DNA from: Octopus vulgaris
Lineage: Eukaryota
Direction: 5' to 3'
DNA length: 64,000 bases
Assembly: GCA_951406725.2 (NCBI GenBank)
Contig: OX597823.1
Location: 95,852,001-95,916,000 of the forward strand
Below are positions 1 through 13,289 of the stretch, piece by piece. The position numbers and the translations under genes are program-made. Within the stretch, counting starts at the first letter, position 1; every line of letters begins with the position of its first letter. The notes below the pieces were generated by a model. The model saw only the letters and a list, made by a program, of their open reading frames with translations, searched no databases and had not been told where the DNA came from.

Positions 1-336
1 ACCATTGACCTGTGTTAGTTCCTTTTTATAACTAGCATTTAAAAAAATATTTAACACCACACACACACACACATATATATATATATGTGTGTATATCAGA
101 CAATGATGCATGAAAACTATGTATGTATATGAATATATATATATTTATATAAACATATTTATGCATATATATATATATATACATATATATGTATATGTGT
201 GTGTGCATATATATATATATATGCATGTATATGTATTTGTATGTATACATACAAAATATATATCAGGAAGTATTTATGTATATATGTAGGTATATATAGA
301 TGCAAGCATACATATGTGTGTGTGTGTGGGTAGGTG

Positions 337-372
<36 letters not shown>

Positions 373-375
<3 letters not shown>

Positions 376-625
376 TCATCATCATTGCTTAACGTCCATT
401 TTCCATGCTAGCATGTGTTGAACAGTTCAACTGGAGTCTGGAGAGCCAGCAGCTGCACCAGGCTCCAATCTGATCTGGTAATGTTTCTACAGCTGGATGC
501 CCTTCTTAATGCCAACCACTCCGAGAGTGTAGTCGGTGTTTTTTTTTATGTGCCACTGGCACAGGGGCCAGAGGGGGCTGGCATTGGCCATGATTGGATG
601 GTGTTTTTTATGTGCCACCGGCACG
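373..625 (-). mobile_element. 5'-truncated RTE LINE 3' UTR copy with (CAT)n tail; representative of ~20 copies in the window
   Basis: Motif catcatcat..ttaacgtcc..ttccatgctagcatg..ggatgcccttc(c)taatgccaaccactc recurs near 7322, 9408, 9640-9950(+), 12140, 17780, 18700, 21295, 21550, 23123, 24160, 27720, 33138, 36150, 45628, 54685, 55912 and 61020. At 33405-34660 it is contiguous with the RTE ORF2 C-terminus. Confidence 0.85.
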
Positions 626-633
626 TGTGTCAT

Positions 634-668
<35 letters not shown>

Positions 669-1924
669 ATATACATACATACACACACACATATTTGTGT
701 GTATGTGTGTGTATATAGATGTATATGCATGTATATATACATGTGTATATGTGTGTGTGTGGTCACCCAATATAAAAGACAAGTAGCAAGGGTAAGGCCA
801 GTTCCTTCCACAAGAAAGTAAGCCAATGAAAAAGGAAGTAAACAAAATGATAAATATAAAAAAAAAACAAAAGAAAACCCAGATGGGATGGTCATGAATG
901 AATCTGCTTTGATCTTAAATTATACTTGTTCAGGGCTGACAACAATATAAATAGAAGAAATATGTAAATAGTTAGAGGAAGGTATATCTGAAGAAAGAAG
1001 TGGTCTTCTGCAATACTGGAATATATATAAACTTGAGCTGTTACCAAAATAAACGAGGCACATGTTTAGCGGCAGACATCATATCAAGATGGGAATCGCG
1101 TGGAGCTTGATGTTGCTTGATCATTTGTTAATAGTTTGAAAGATATTTAATACCAACAGAGAACGAGGTGAGGAAAGTGTGCGTATGGGTGAGTGTATAT
1201 ACTACTACACGTACAGACATATATCTACATACATATACACACACAAACATATACACACATATACACACAGCTACATCATATCATTTTAACATCTGTTACT
1301 CTACACTGACGTAGAACATGTCAGTATATTGAATGATGGTTGTTATTTATCACATAAACACACACACGTGTGTACATATACATGCACCCGTATATATGTA
1401 GACACATACACATATATGAAACAAATCAAGCATGCTCCCTCTATTGGGTGTGTAAAGGCAGTGTACATGAACACCAGAGTACAAATGAGCCGAGAGAAAA
1501 ACCGGGTAGAAGAGAAATCAGGTGGATTTTGCAAAGCAAGAAGGTTGAGATGCTTTGGGTAGGTGTATGGAGACTGATTGCTGTGTAAGGAAGTGCTGAA
1601 ACCTTGAGATTAGAGGAACCTGTGGAAAAGAAAGACCAAAGAAAACTTGGAATGAAGTTGTGAAGAATAGCTTGAAAATGCCGGGTCTTCTGAAGAAGAT
1701 GAGAAAAAATCATATTGATTGACAAATATGTGGTGCCACAGATGTGACAATCCACAAGACCAGTAAATTTGAGAGGAGGGGCAAGCCTTTTCAATGATTT
1801 TAGAAAGATAGATTATGCAACACAAATCATTGTTGATAAGGCCATGTTCACTAGCAAACATCTTAAGGTTGGTGTCATGGAGGGTGTAAGTAAATCTGTT
1901 TTGTTTTTTTTTCTTACTCCCAAA

Positions 1925-2840
1925 ATCATTGTCCTAATGAAACACCACTCCTTTTTAATTCACTAAAGCGGGTCTTTTTTTCTTCAAAGCTTGGTTCAAA
2001 CACTAATTGCTGACAGTAGACTTGAGCATTGATTGTTGCACTTAGTGGTAACAATTCAAAGTGAATTACTCCTTTGCAATCCCACCAGATAGAGAGAAAA
2101 ACCTTTTTCCCATGAAGTTCCCTTCTTGGTTGTGGTTGAGCTTTTTCCCTTTTACCAAGCCACTGTTTACGATGTTTAACATTTCGATAGAAGATCCATT
2201 TTCCGCCACCAGTCACAAGTCTATCCAAAATGGGTGAAATGAGTTCACAAGAATGGAGAGAAGAGTAGATGTTAACTCGGGATTTGTAGTTGCTTTCGGA
2301 CAATTCATGAGGCACCCATTTTCCAAGTTTAGGAACCTTTTCAAGTTATTGAAGATGATGATGAACAGTTGTATGGTTTGAACTAAACTTTATTGCCAAT
2401 TCTTCAACTGATAATGCAGGATTTTCTTCAAGTAATGCCTCAAGGAGCTTATCATCAAACTCAACTGGATGTCCTGTTCGATCTTCATCTTCAAGGCTGA
2501 AATCTCCACTTCTGAATTTTGCAAACCATCTTCTGCAAGTTCTTTCATTCAAGCATTCTTTCCCATAAACTGAGTGTATGTTTCGAGTTGCTTCGGCTGC
2601 AGAGTTTCCTTTTTTGTACTCATAAAACCTTAAATGCTTTTTGGATACTTCCATGTTAGAAAGGGTTTTAATCAAAGAAATTTTAATTCTGTTATTCTGT
2701 AAAATAATATTTAATTAGTTTAAATGTATACAAATGCATAAAAATAATTCTTTAAATTCCATTAGAGATTCTAAAATACTATTAAATTTCATTCAATATT
2801 AAAAAAGGTAAAATCGGACAGAACTTATGGGATGACCTGA
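1925..2840 (-). mobile_element. Defective mariner (Mos1/Hsmar1-like) transposon, 5' part with one TIR
   Basis: ORFs 2346-2675 and 1926-2315 give the HTH region (GNSAAEATRNI..RTCRRWFAKFRSGDFSLEDEDRTG), the WVPHEL linker, LVTGGGKWIFY (decayed TGDEKW) and WWDCKGVIHFELL, with an in-frame stop between them. TIR tcaggtcatcccataagttctgtcc ends at 2840, followed by TA. Confidence 0.92.
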
Positions 2841-3184
2841 TACACGTTTGTTAAGTTTAGGTCTGTTACCTGTGCTAGGGTTATCAGTTATTGAGATATA
2901 GTTTTACAGGCAGGTACATGAGAATTCAATTTTATCAGTTAATCTTAAATCCCTGAAATAATCTCTATTTTGCTCTGTTAGTCATTAATGAATGCTAAAA
3001 GACTTGTGTTCTTTCCCCAACTAAAAGGAAAATTATACTTCATTAAGAATTTCTTTTGTATATGTCATTCAGTGCATCCATACATTTTTGGTTTAGTTCA
3101 TTCAATACATCCATACATACTAGATTTATTTCAGTCAACACCATTGGTCTATTTGAATCTTTTCAGTTCAATTCCTGTGTTTAC

Positions 3185-3233
<49 letters not shown>

Positions 3234-3804
3234 CATATATGCTTATGTGTATGTATATATATATGTGTGTGTCTGCGTGTTTGTACATATACATGCATAT
3301 ATGTGTATGTAAACATATATTTGTGTGCATGTGTGTGTGTGTAGGGAGAGAGAAAGGGAGAAAGTATTGTTGACTGATCTAATATTAAAAGATAATCAGA
3401 AAACATGAGAAACAAAGCAACGCCTTCGTGACGGCGGCATCCGATGACTACACAATGTTTAATGCCTTCCACTTGGAATACAAAGCTTCTTATTTGTGTT
3501 AAGTCAGAACTAAGAAACTGCCAAATGGCCGCGGGGTGGGTGAGGTGAGGTGGAACTTGGAGAAACCAGGCTATTTTTGAGCTCATTGTCTGCATTTGTT
3601 TCAACTGCAATGATTGGGGTTTTGAAAATAAAGAACTTAAGGCATATTTTCGTATTGATATTTTTAAAAACCTTTTTTATATTTCATTTATCAATTATAT
3701 ATATACTGATAGTGCAAGAGACAGGGCTGCATCGCCATAACCACCAACAAACCACACACACACACACACACACACACATCACTGCTATTGTCATCTTACA
3801 AGAT

Positions 3805-4030
3805 TGTGAGCTGGCAGAATTGTTAGCATGCTGGGCAAAATGCTTGGCGGCATTTCATCCATCTTTAGGTTCTGAGTTCAAATTCCACTGACATTGACTT
3901 TGCCTTTCATCCTTTTGATTAAATCGACCCCTGTACATGACCTCAAAAGGTCATGTACAGGGGTCGATGTAATCGACTTGCTTGCCTCCCCTGAAGTTGC
4001 TGGCCTTGTGCCGTAATTGGAAACCCTTAT
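3805..4030 (+). mobile_element. tRNA-derived SINE, family A (gagctggcagaat..gttctgagttcaaattcc..gcctttcatcc)
   Basis: Pol III A/B-box-like head, matching the copy at 7579-7806. Other copies at approx. 6110-6325, 6985-7185, 7890-8101, 8160-8340, 10955-11303, 21915-22075, 30085-30298, 35734-35830, 47825-47948 and 60830-61020. Confidence 0.85.
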
Positions 4031-4906
4031 TGTCATCGTTTTACATCCATTATTTTCAGTACTGCTTCTTGGCCCTTATTGTGGACTCTTGAACCTCAGA
4101 AAGCAGAGAACAAATCTCCATTTACCATTTCTTTCCATGTGTTCCTTGTTTTTTACTTTCTCTCCTTCAGGTTCATTCCATTCAGATTGCTTGGCATTTC
4201 TTCATTCAGTTACCATTCCTCAAATACATCACAGCTCTGTGCAATTGCAGTCTGCTTTCTTGCACACTGTGGCCGATTCCCTCTTATACACCCTGCTTCT
4301 CTCGGTTTATCTGTGCTCATCATCACCATTTCACATTCATTTTTCCATGCTAGCATAAATTGGATGGTTTGAAGGGAACTGGCCAACCAAAGGAGCTGCA
4401 CCAAGCTCCAGTTGTCTGTTCTAGCATGGTTTCTACAGCTGGATGCCTTTCCTAATGCCAACCACTTCACAGAGTGTACTGGAGGATTTTTATGTTGCAC
4501 CAGCACTGACAGGGTCACCATGTACCTTAAAAGACAAAAGGTTTTATCTCTAATGAAAGGAATAGCATCATCTTCTTGAACTGCTCCAAGGACAAACAAG
4601 ATATTCTAGAAAGGAATAACTGCAGACATATTAAATTGACAGAGCAAGTCGTGAAAGCGGAAGAAAGAATGTCATGTGTATATTATCATTCTTGTTTTAA
4701 TGTCCACTTTTCCCTGCTTGAATAGATCAGAGTTTATTGAGACTGATTTACTGTGGCTGGATGCCTTTCCTGTTGCCAACTCTCTTCTGTTTCCAAGTAT
4801 GGTAATTTCTCCCATTGCCAGAAATGGTTTTGCAGAATTTAGGAAATGAATGCCACTGCTAGTATAACAGCAACATGCCTTTACAATTTTGTCAAGACAA
4901 AAACAT

Positions 4907-4941
<35 letters not shown>

Positions 4942-5029
4942 CAATTTTTATTCGGAGAACAAACTGGCAATATTAGTGAAATAAATTCTTTGACACTCCT
5001 CTCGTTAGTCTTAATGGTAATTAACCTAT

Positions 5030-5395
5030 CTCTTATCTTTTACTTGTTACAATTAGACTGTGGCCATGCTGGGGCAGAGCCTTGAAGATTTTCTTAGTTG
5101 CATGAATCGAGTGACTTCAGTGTTTGTTTTGTAAGCCTGGTACTTAATCTATCAGTCTCTTTTGCTGAACTGCTAAGTTATATGGAAATAAACACACCAA
5201 CACTGGTTGTCAAGTGGTGGAGGGGACAAACACAGACACAAACACACACACACAAAGTTTCTATTTACCGAATCCATTCACAAGGTTTTTGTCAGTCCAA
5301 GGCTACAGTAGAAGACACTTGCCCAAGGTGCCATGCATTGGGACTGAACCGAGAGCCATGTGGTTGGTAAGCAAGCTACTTACCACACAGCCACT
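5030..5395 (-). mobile_element. tRNA-derived SINE, family B (gtggctgtgtggtaag..ggttcagtccc..ccttgggcaagtgtcttc)
   Basis: tRNA-like head, ccttgggcaagt core and a conserved tail. Repeated at approx. 8510-8626, 19205-19580, 19960-20115, 22695-22782, 23455-23870, 29543-29695, 55165-55560 and 56533-56930. Confidence 0.8.
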
Positions 5396-5756
5396 CAAAT
5401 ATAAAACATATGGGAGTAAAAAGAAAAACGTTAATTAAAACAAGAGATTATGGAGTAAACCTAGGTTTTATGGAGTAGAACTAAACATTGTTAGAAATGC
5501 TCTTTGATACTCCTCTGTTCCTGGCAAATTACTCTTGCAGAATAGATAGATTGTGTGTGATAAGCAGAGCAGCAGTTTTATCAGATGATGTCATCATTCC
5601 AGAATACCTACATAATATATATTAGATGACAAAGATTATCTCCACTGCCCACAGCTGTCAAGCATATTAATAGATAACTATATCTGTGGATGTTTATGTA
5701 TGTATGTGTATGAATATACATATGGATACATATATGTATGTGTGTGTGTATTATAA

Positions 5757-5789
<33 letters not shown>

Positions 5790-7199
5790 ATTTACATACA
5801 TATGTGTGTGTGTATATATATATGTAGTTACAGATGTCTACATATATATGTGCCTGTGTGTGTGGTTCATTCAAGACTGAAGCTGGTTTACAATAACAAT
5901 GAAGAGTGGGAGGAGGAGGAGGAGGAGGAGAAATTGTAACATCTTTTGACTTTTCTTGAAGGCCATTGGATTGTTCTAAAAGACTTAAAAATGGTTTCCA
6001 CTGAAGAACTGAAATGGGTGGGGCAGGATTGATGACACAATTTCACAGCAACTTAACACCACCACCATCACAACCACTACTACTACTACTACTCGAAAGC
6101 AACAATACCAACGATCTCAAATTTTGGCACAGCGCCAGCAGTTTTGAAGGGAAGAGGAAGCTGACTACACTGACCACCAGTACATGACTGGTACTCATTT
6201 TATTGACCCTCAAAGAAAGAAAAGCAAAGTCAACCATTGCAGAATTTTTTATTCAGAATGTAATGAGCTGCAAGAAATCTGTTAAGCACTTTGTCCGATA
6301 TGCTAACCTTCCCGCCATCTTACCACTGCCATAATCATCATCATCATCATCAACATTATCAACAGCAGCTGCACCCCAACTTCCTACGCAACCGCTGAGC
6401 CTGGATGCGTATTCATCCATCCGTCGATGCTCTCGGTGTCAGGGGTTGACCTACTTTCTCTTCTGCTGGTCTTACGAATAGCAAAGGACCACATTTCAGA
6501 CTTCTCCCAAACGCTCAACAAACAAACAAACAAAGCAGCAGCAGCATCGTCATCAGCATCCTCATCATCATTCAATGTCTGTTTACCAAGCTGACATTGC
6601 TTGGAATGGTTTGACAGAAGCCGGAAAGGCTGGGAGCCATACCAGGCCCTTTTTCTGTTTTGGCAGGGTTTCTAAAGCTGGATGCTTTTCCTAATGACAA
6701 TCACCTAAGAGACTGGACTGGCTGCTTCTTATGAAGCACCATCACTGATGCTTTTTTATGTAGAACCAGCTCCAGTGTTTTTCACATGGCACCAGCACCC
6801 ACAAGGACCACCAAATACATTGCAACACAACAAAAAAAGGTAAAAGAAAAAAAAAAGACAAAGCCTTCCCCCCAACTGGGAATGGGGGAATGGATTAAAA
6901 GTATAAAGGGACAGAGAGAGATGCCTTGTTGCTGTTATGCAGATTACTCATGGAAAGGAAAGCAGAATGAGTTGAATTGAATTTTGACAGAAGACCAGCA
7001 CTTTTAGAGAGGAAACAAGTTGATTAGATTGACCCCTACTCCAGTATCTGAGTGGTAATTTATTTTATTGACCCCAAAAGGATGAAAGGTGAAGTTGACT
7101 TCAGCAGGATTTGAACTCAGAATGTAAACAGTGGGAAGAAATGCCATGAAGCATTTGGTCTGGCATGCCATCAGTTCTTGCCAGGGTGTCCGTCACCTT

Positions 7200-7335
7200 A
7201 ATAATAATGATGATGATAATAATGATAATCATGATGATGATAATAATAATAATAATAATGATAATAATAATGATGATAATGATAATAATAATGATGATAA
7301 TAATAATAATAATAATGATGATGATAATAATAATC
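7200..7335. repeat. (AAT/GAT)n trinucleotide microsatellite
   Basis: Directly visible; it generates the poly-I/N/D ORFs. Confidence 0.95.
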
Positions 7336-7578
7336 GTCATCGTCGTCATTTAACATCTGCTTTCCATGCTGGCATGGGTTGGATGGTTTGACTGAGGACT
7401 GGCGACCCAGAAGGCTGCACCAGGCTCCAATCTGATCTGGCAATGTTTCTACAGCTGGATGCCCTCCCTAATGCCAACCACTCCGAGAGTGTAGTGGGTG
7501 CTTTTACATGCCACTGGCATGAGGGCCAGTCAGGTGGTACTGGCAACGGCCACGCTCAAATGGTGTTTTTTATGTACC

Positions 7579-7806
7579 TATTTCTTTATTACCCACAAGG
7601 GGCTAAACACAGAGGGGACAAACAAGGACAGACATAGGTATTAAGTCGATTACATCGACCCCAGTGCGTAACTGGTACTTAATTTATCGACCCCGAAAGG
7701 ATGAAAGGCAAAGTTGACCTCGACGGAATTTGAACTCAGAACGTAACGACAGACGAAATACGGCTACGCATTTCGCCCGGCGTGCTAACGATTCTGCCAG
7801 CTCGCC
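7579..7806 (-). mobile_element. Young full-length family A SINE with 16-bp TSD, nested in an RTE 3' UTR copy
   Basis: CpG-rich copy flanked by gtgttttttatgtacc at 7563-7578 and 7807-7822. Confidence 0.9.
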
Positions 7807-8127
7807 GTGTTTTTTATGTACCACCTACACAGGAGCCAGTCCAGTGGCACTGGCAACGACCACACTCAATAATAATAATAATAACAACCCTTTTTGCTAC
7901 AGGCACAAAGCCTGAAATTTTGGGAGCAGGGACTTGTTGATCACATCAACCCCAGTACTCGACTGGTACTTAATGTATCGACCCCAAAAGGATGAAAAGC
8001 AAAGTTGAGCTTGGCAGAATTTGAACTCAGAATGTAGCAATGGGTGAAATACCATTAAGCATTTTGTCTGGTGTTCTAACGACTCTGCCAGCTAGCTGCC
8101 TTAATAATAATGATGATGATGATGATG

Positions 8128-8159
<32 letters not shown>

Positions 8160-8643
8160 TCTTTCTAATTTTGGCACAAGGCCGGCAATTTTAGGGGAAG
8201 GAAGTAGTTGATGACATGGACTCCAGTGTTTAACTGGTATTTATTTTATCAACCTCTGAAAGGATGAAAGGCAAAGTTGACTTCAACGGAATTTGAACTC
8301 AGAATGTAAAGAGTCAGAAGAAATGGTGAACAGAATTTTCACAAGACACAAATCCACTGCCATGAAGGTGATGGGAAGGAGTAGGAGTAGGGGTAGGAGG
8401 AGGAGTAGGAGGAGATGGCTAAGAGAGTGACAACTCATTGGACTGTCAAACTGTCTGACCCATGCTAGCCTGGAAGCTAGAGAGATGATGATGGTGGTGG
8501 TGATATACAATGGGCTTCTTTCAGTTTCCATCTACCAAGTCTGCTCACAAGGCTTTGATCAGTTCAGAGCTAGAGTAGAAGACACTTGCCCAAGGTGTCA
8601 TGTAGTAGAACTGAACCTGGAACCATGTATGTATGTGTGTGTA

Positions 8644-8718
<75 letters not shown>

Positions 8719-8741
8719 GTATATATATGTATTTATGTATG

Positions 8742-8787
<46 letters not shown>

Positions 8788-8929
8788 GATAGATAGATAG
8801 ATAGACAGATAGATAGATAGATATACACACACAAATATGCATACACATTACAAGCATACACGCATATTTATATACACACACATGTACATGTTCGTGTGTG
8901 TGTGTATATGTGTATGTTCCTGCCTTCCT

Positions 8930-9230
8930 TAACCCCATCTGAGGAAAGGTCACACACATCATATTTTTTGTTTTTTGGTTTTGGTAAAGAGGAACCAACA
9001 ACTCTTTTGTGAGAGTCATTAAATATGAGAGTGGGATTGCTGGCATATAAAGAGGAGGACAATCTATAGAAACGGTGACCCACAGGAATTCCAGCTTTAT
9101 GGAGTTTAGAAACTGAAGGCACAACAGGAAAATGTATTCACTTTCATTAAATACATTTAGTTGTTGAAAGACATGTAGAACAAGCTGGGATGGGGAGGGG
9201 GGCTGTAGGGTTTGGAAAAAGGCAATGGAT
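8930..9230 (-). mobile_element. Decayed Penelope-like element RT fragment
   Basis: Frameshifted SKLHKAGIPVG / VSIDCPP..LSYL..LLVPL resembles the PLE RT motif PKIHKPGIPGRPIVSSIGCP. Confidence 0.5.
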
Positions 9231-9961
9231 CCCCTTTCCTTCCTCAAATTAAATGATTAAATTAGGGGAAAAAAAACATATAAAAGTGAACTAGCTTGAT
9301 ACTGCCGGAAGTCAGTACCAGGTCATGGACAAAGCAAAGAGGGAACCATGTACAAAGCTGCTAGAAATAACTGCCAAATCACATCCAAATCACATGCGGT
9401 CAGTATCATCATCGTTATGATTTAACATCCGTTTTCCATATTGGCATCGGTCTGGATGGTTTGACAGGAACTGGCAAGCCAGAGGGCTGCACCAGGCCCC
9501 AGTAGTCTGTTTTGACATAGTGCCGATGGCTGGATGCCCTTCCTAATGCCAACCACTCCAAGAGTGTAATGGATGCTTTCATATATATATATATAGTACG
9601 TTAACACCAACATCAAAATGAAAATCAAATGGAAATTGTAGTTGGTGACATGTAAAAAGCACCGTCCGAACATGGCAGATGCCAGTGCTGCGTGACTGGC
9701 GTCCATGTCGGTGACACGTAAAAGCACCAACCGATCGTGGCCGTTTGCTAGCCTCCTCTGGCCCCTGTGCCAGTGGCATGTAAAAGACACCCACTACACT
9801 CACGGAGTGGTTGACGTTAGGAAGGGCATCCAGCTGTAGAAATACTACCAGATCAGACTGGAGCCTGGTGCAGCCTCCCGGCTTCCCAGACCCCAGTCGA
9901 ACCGTCCAACCCATGCTAGCATGGAAAACAGACATTAAAGGATGATGATGATATACACACA

Positions 9962-10763
9962 CAGTGTGCAATGGGTTAATTATCCCCATTTTATATTTTT
10001 AATTTATTTTGAGCATGCATATTGTTTCTATACACAGTATAGTAGGGTCGGTTGGGCACTGTCTATAGGAGAAACAGCACCATGATGCAATTCATTCCGC
10101 CAGAAATTTGGAAACCACATGCTGTATTGGTTGGCATTTGCACCAAAAGCTCCAATACGAACATTTAAGAGTGTTTGGATGTCAATCTGAAGACGTGCTG
10201 TGAGAGATAAAAATCAAACAGCCAATCAACATCATGGTGTTTGGAGTGATCGTTAGTGATAGTAATGTTATGCCTCCATTCATCTTCCCACACAGCCTCA
10301 AACTCAACATGGAGGCCTACATCAAGCACGTGGAGGAAGCAGTGCTGCCATGGTTTCAGGAGGTTAGCTGCTGGAATACCCTATGTCTGGCAACAGGACT
10401 CTGCACCATGCCACACAAAGAGGAGAACCCAATCATGGCTCTCAGACAATTTCTGTGACCACACCACCCCTAATATCTAGGCACGTAACTCCCCAGACTG
10501 CAACAAAGGGGCACAGTTGAGTGAGAGACCACCAAAACTCTTTGTAACACCAAAGATGAACTGAAGGCAAGGATTATGGCAGCATTCCCCAACTAAAACA
10601 AAGAGACCGTCTAGAAGAGTAAGCCAATGGCGATTTTATTCACTAAATTTCCTCTTTAGTATTTCAAGATATTTTTACGTAATTTTGGTAAATATATCTG
10701 TTAAAATGAGATGTCAGTGTTATTTTCACTTTTGCTAGACGACAGTTTATTCACTGCATCCTG
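9962..10763 (+). mobile_element. Internally deleted Tc1/mariner (maT/DD37D-like) element
   Basis: MVFGVIVSDSNVMPPFIF..YVWQQDSAPCH..SPD motifs. Same family as 15580-16841 in the opposite orientation; ends ..gcatcctg followed by TA. Confidence 0.85.
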
Positions 10764-10850
10764 TATATAAAATAGAGGAATTTCCAAATTTTTTGGCCAT
10801 AAATGTGTTTTACTCATTTTTGTATCTTGTTCTGCTGATGGTAGGCCAAT

Positions 10851-10897
10851 AGTTGTACTGATGATGCCAATCAAGACTGAAACATGTGTCCACAGCT
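10851..10897 (+). ncRNA. Degenerate type I hammerhead ribozyme motif
   Basis: agttgta-CTGATGA(10858-64)-tgccaatcaagact-GAAAC(10879-83)-ATGT-GTC-cacagct. Stem I pairs at 6 of 7 positions; stem II is decayed. Confidence 0.6.
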
Positions 10898-12498
10898 GTC
10901 TTCCAGTCTTCAGAAAACTTGATTGTTTTCCTCCTCAAACACATGGCAATATTAAAGCTGGCAGAATGTTTGGTACTCTGGGCAAAATGGTTCATGGCAT
11001 TTCGTCTGTCTTTAGAATCTGAGTTCAAATTCCACCGAGGTTGACTTTGTCTTTTATCCTTTCGGAATCACTATCATAAGTATGGCTAAGTACAGGGGTC
11101 GATGTAATTGACCAGCTTCCTGCTCCCCTGAAACTGTTGGGCTTGCGCTAAAATCTGAAACAAACTGGTTCTTATTTTATCAACCCAGAAAGGATGAAAG
11201 GCAAAATCGACCTCAGCAGAATTTGAACTCAGAATGCAAAGAAGGACAAAATGCTTTTACAGCATTTTGCCTGGTGTGCTAACCATTCTGCCAGCTCGCT
11301 GCCTAACATACACACACGCATTACATACATGTACTATGAATATAAGCATCAGAACTGAAGCCTTTACATAGTCAGTTGATCTGCTAAAAATAGCAGCCAA
11401 GTTTCCCTCAAGTGTTTTACCATCTTGCAAAATAGAAGGACAGTTACAGCTGAAGCCACCACCATAACAATTATCATCAGTGGCAAAAAAAAAAAAGAAA
11501 CAAAGAAAACCCCTATGGATGTCTTTAAAAAAATCAGAAAAACAACTGATGAGATTTGATAAGATACAGGGAACCATTTCTGCTGTGCTACTTTGGAGTT
11601 GAAATATGGTAAAGTTTAGTAGCACTGCCTCAATGGAATTGGTAATGGAATATAAAGAAAGCGATATAAGACAGGAAACTACTTATCTTTCTCACTCTCT
11701 TTTTCTATATGTGCATATATGTGTATGTGTCTTTAAAAATGTATATGTGTGTGTATATATGTTTATGTGTATATATATATATATGTGTGTGTGTGTTTGT
11801 ATATATGTGTATATATACGTGTGTGTGTGAGTGTATGTGTATATATATATATACATATACACATACATATATATACATATACACACATATATATATATAT
11901 ATATACACACACATATGTATACATACATGTACATATATACAAACATACATGTACATACATGTACATATATACACACACACACATTCATACAGTAATAAAA
12001 ATAACACTTTTATAGACATGGAAGCTGAACATTCACTGAATGAAGAACTCAATAGAAAAGAATGAAATATTTCCAGTAATTTTATTGATAGTAAGCTGCA
12101 AATTTCTCCAGAAATGTATATATGACATGTATTTATTATCATCATCATCATCACTATTTAGCATCCATGCTCCATGTTCCATGCCTGGGCTGTATGATTT
12201 AATAGGATGCAATGAGTCCAAGGAATGCATCGTGTTCCAGGTTTGCTTTGGCATGGTTTTATGCAGTTGGATGCCCTTCCTAATGCCAACCACATTGCAG
12301 AGTGTACTGGGTGCTTTTTTTATGTTGTACCACCACTAGTGAGACTGCCATGCAGTTTACAAGACTACAAAGTCCAGGAGGCAACTTTCTGTTGGAAGAT
12401 AAAGGGAAAAAAGTGGGTAAAACTATGAGAGAAAGAAACAGAGGCAGACCAAGTTTTTTGCTGTTGAGGGGCTTCATTTTAGAAGAGAAGGAGTGAGT

Positions 12499-12933
12499 GA
12501 GTGATTGAATGGACACAGAGATTGATGGCAGGGGAGAGTGGGAGATGAGTGATTGAATGGATTCAGAGATTGATGGCAGGGGAGAGTGGGAGATGAGTGA
12601 TTGAATGGACTCAGAGATTGATGGCAGGGGAGAGTGGGAGATGAGTGATTGAATGGACTCAGAGATTGATGGTGGGGGAGAGGGGAGATGAGTGATTGAA
12701 TGGGCTCAGAGATTGATGGTGGGGGAGAGGGGAGTGGAGTGATTGAATAGGCTCAGAGATTGATGGTGGGGGAGAGTGGGAGATGAGTGATTGAATGGGC
12801 TCAGAGATTGATGGCAGGGGAAGTGGGAGATGAGTGATTGAATGGGATCAGAGATTGATGGTGGGGGAGAGTGGGAGATGAGTGATTGAATGGGCTCAGA
12901 GATTGATGGTGGGGGAGGGTGAGAGATGAGTGA
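12499..12933. repeat. ~48-bp minisatellite, ~9 copies
   Basis: Unit gagtgattgaatggactcagagattgatggcaggggagagtgggagat. Confidence 0.95.
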
Positions 12934-13289
12934 TAGAGCTGAGCAGCAGCAAATAATGATGGAAAAATAGACAGAAGAAGGATGGAGAGAGGGATGATGT
13001 TTGATAAGTTGCTGAGAGGGAGAGGCAGGTGTAGCACTTGAGGAGGGTAAGAGATGTATGATGTTAGTTGTATGCTTATGTACACAATGGTTTTACTGTC
13101 GTGACACCTGGATTTGCTGCACCTGAAGAATTTTGATATTACTTAAGATTAGAATCTGACAGTACAGAGAGCCTAAAGCCTGGGTTGAGTTCGGCATTGC
13201 AAATAACCCATTTTCTCCCTTCCCAGGACCTTACTGTACATTACTCTCTTCAAAGGGGTTTTTTTTTTTTGTTTTTGTTTTGGTTTTTT

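Noticed and set aside
6384-6575. 63-aa ORF in a CpG-rich segment
   Set aside because: No recognisable homology; flanked by microsatellites and probably a repeat fragment.
8868-9122. Apparent minus-strand exon with a good acceptor
   Set aside because: Better explained as a frameshifted Penelope RT relic; no convincing donor.
10812-10877. Apparent minus-strand exon LIGIISTTIGLPSAEQDTKM
   Set aside because: Overlaps the + strand hammerhead motif, has a weak donor and no recognisable homology.
11560-12110. Protein-like fragments (MEAEHSLNEELNRKE; MVKFSSTASMEL)
   Set aside because: In-frame stops and no consistent splice phases.
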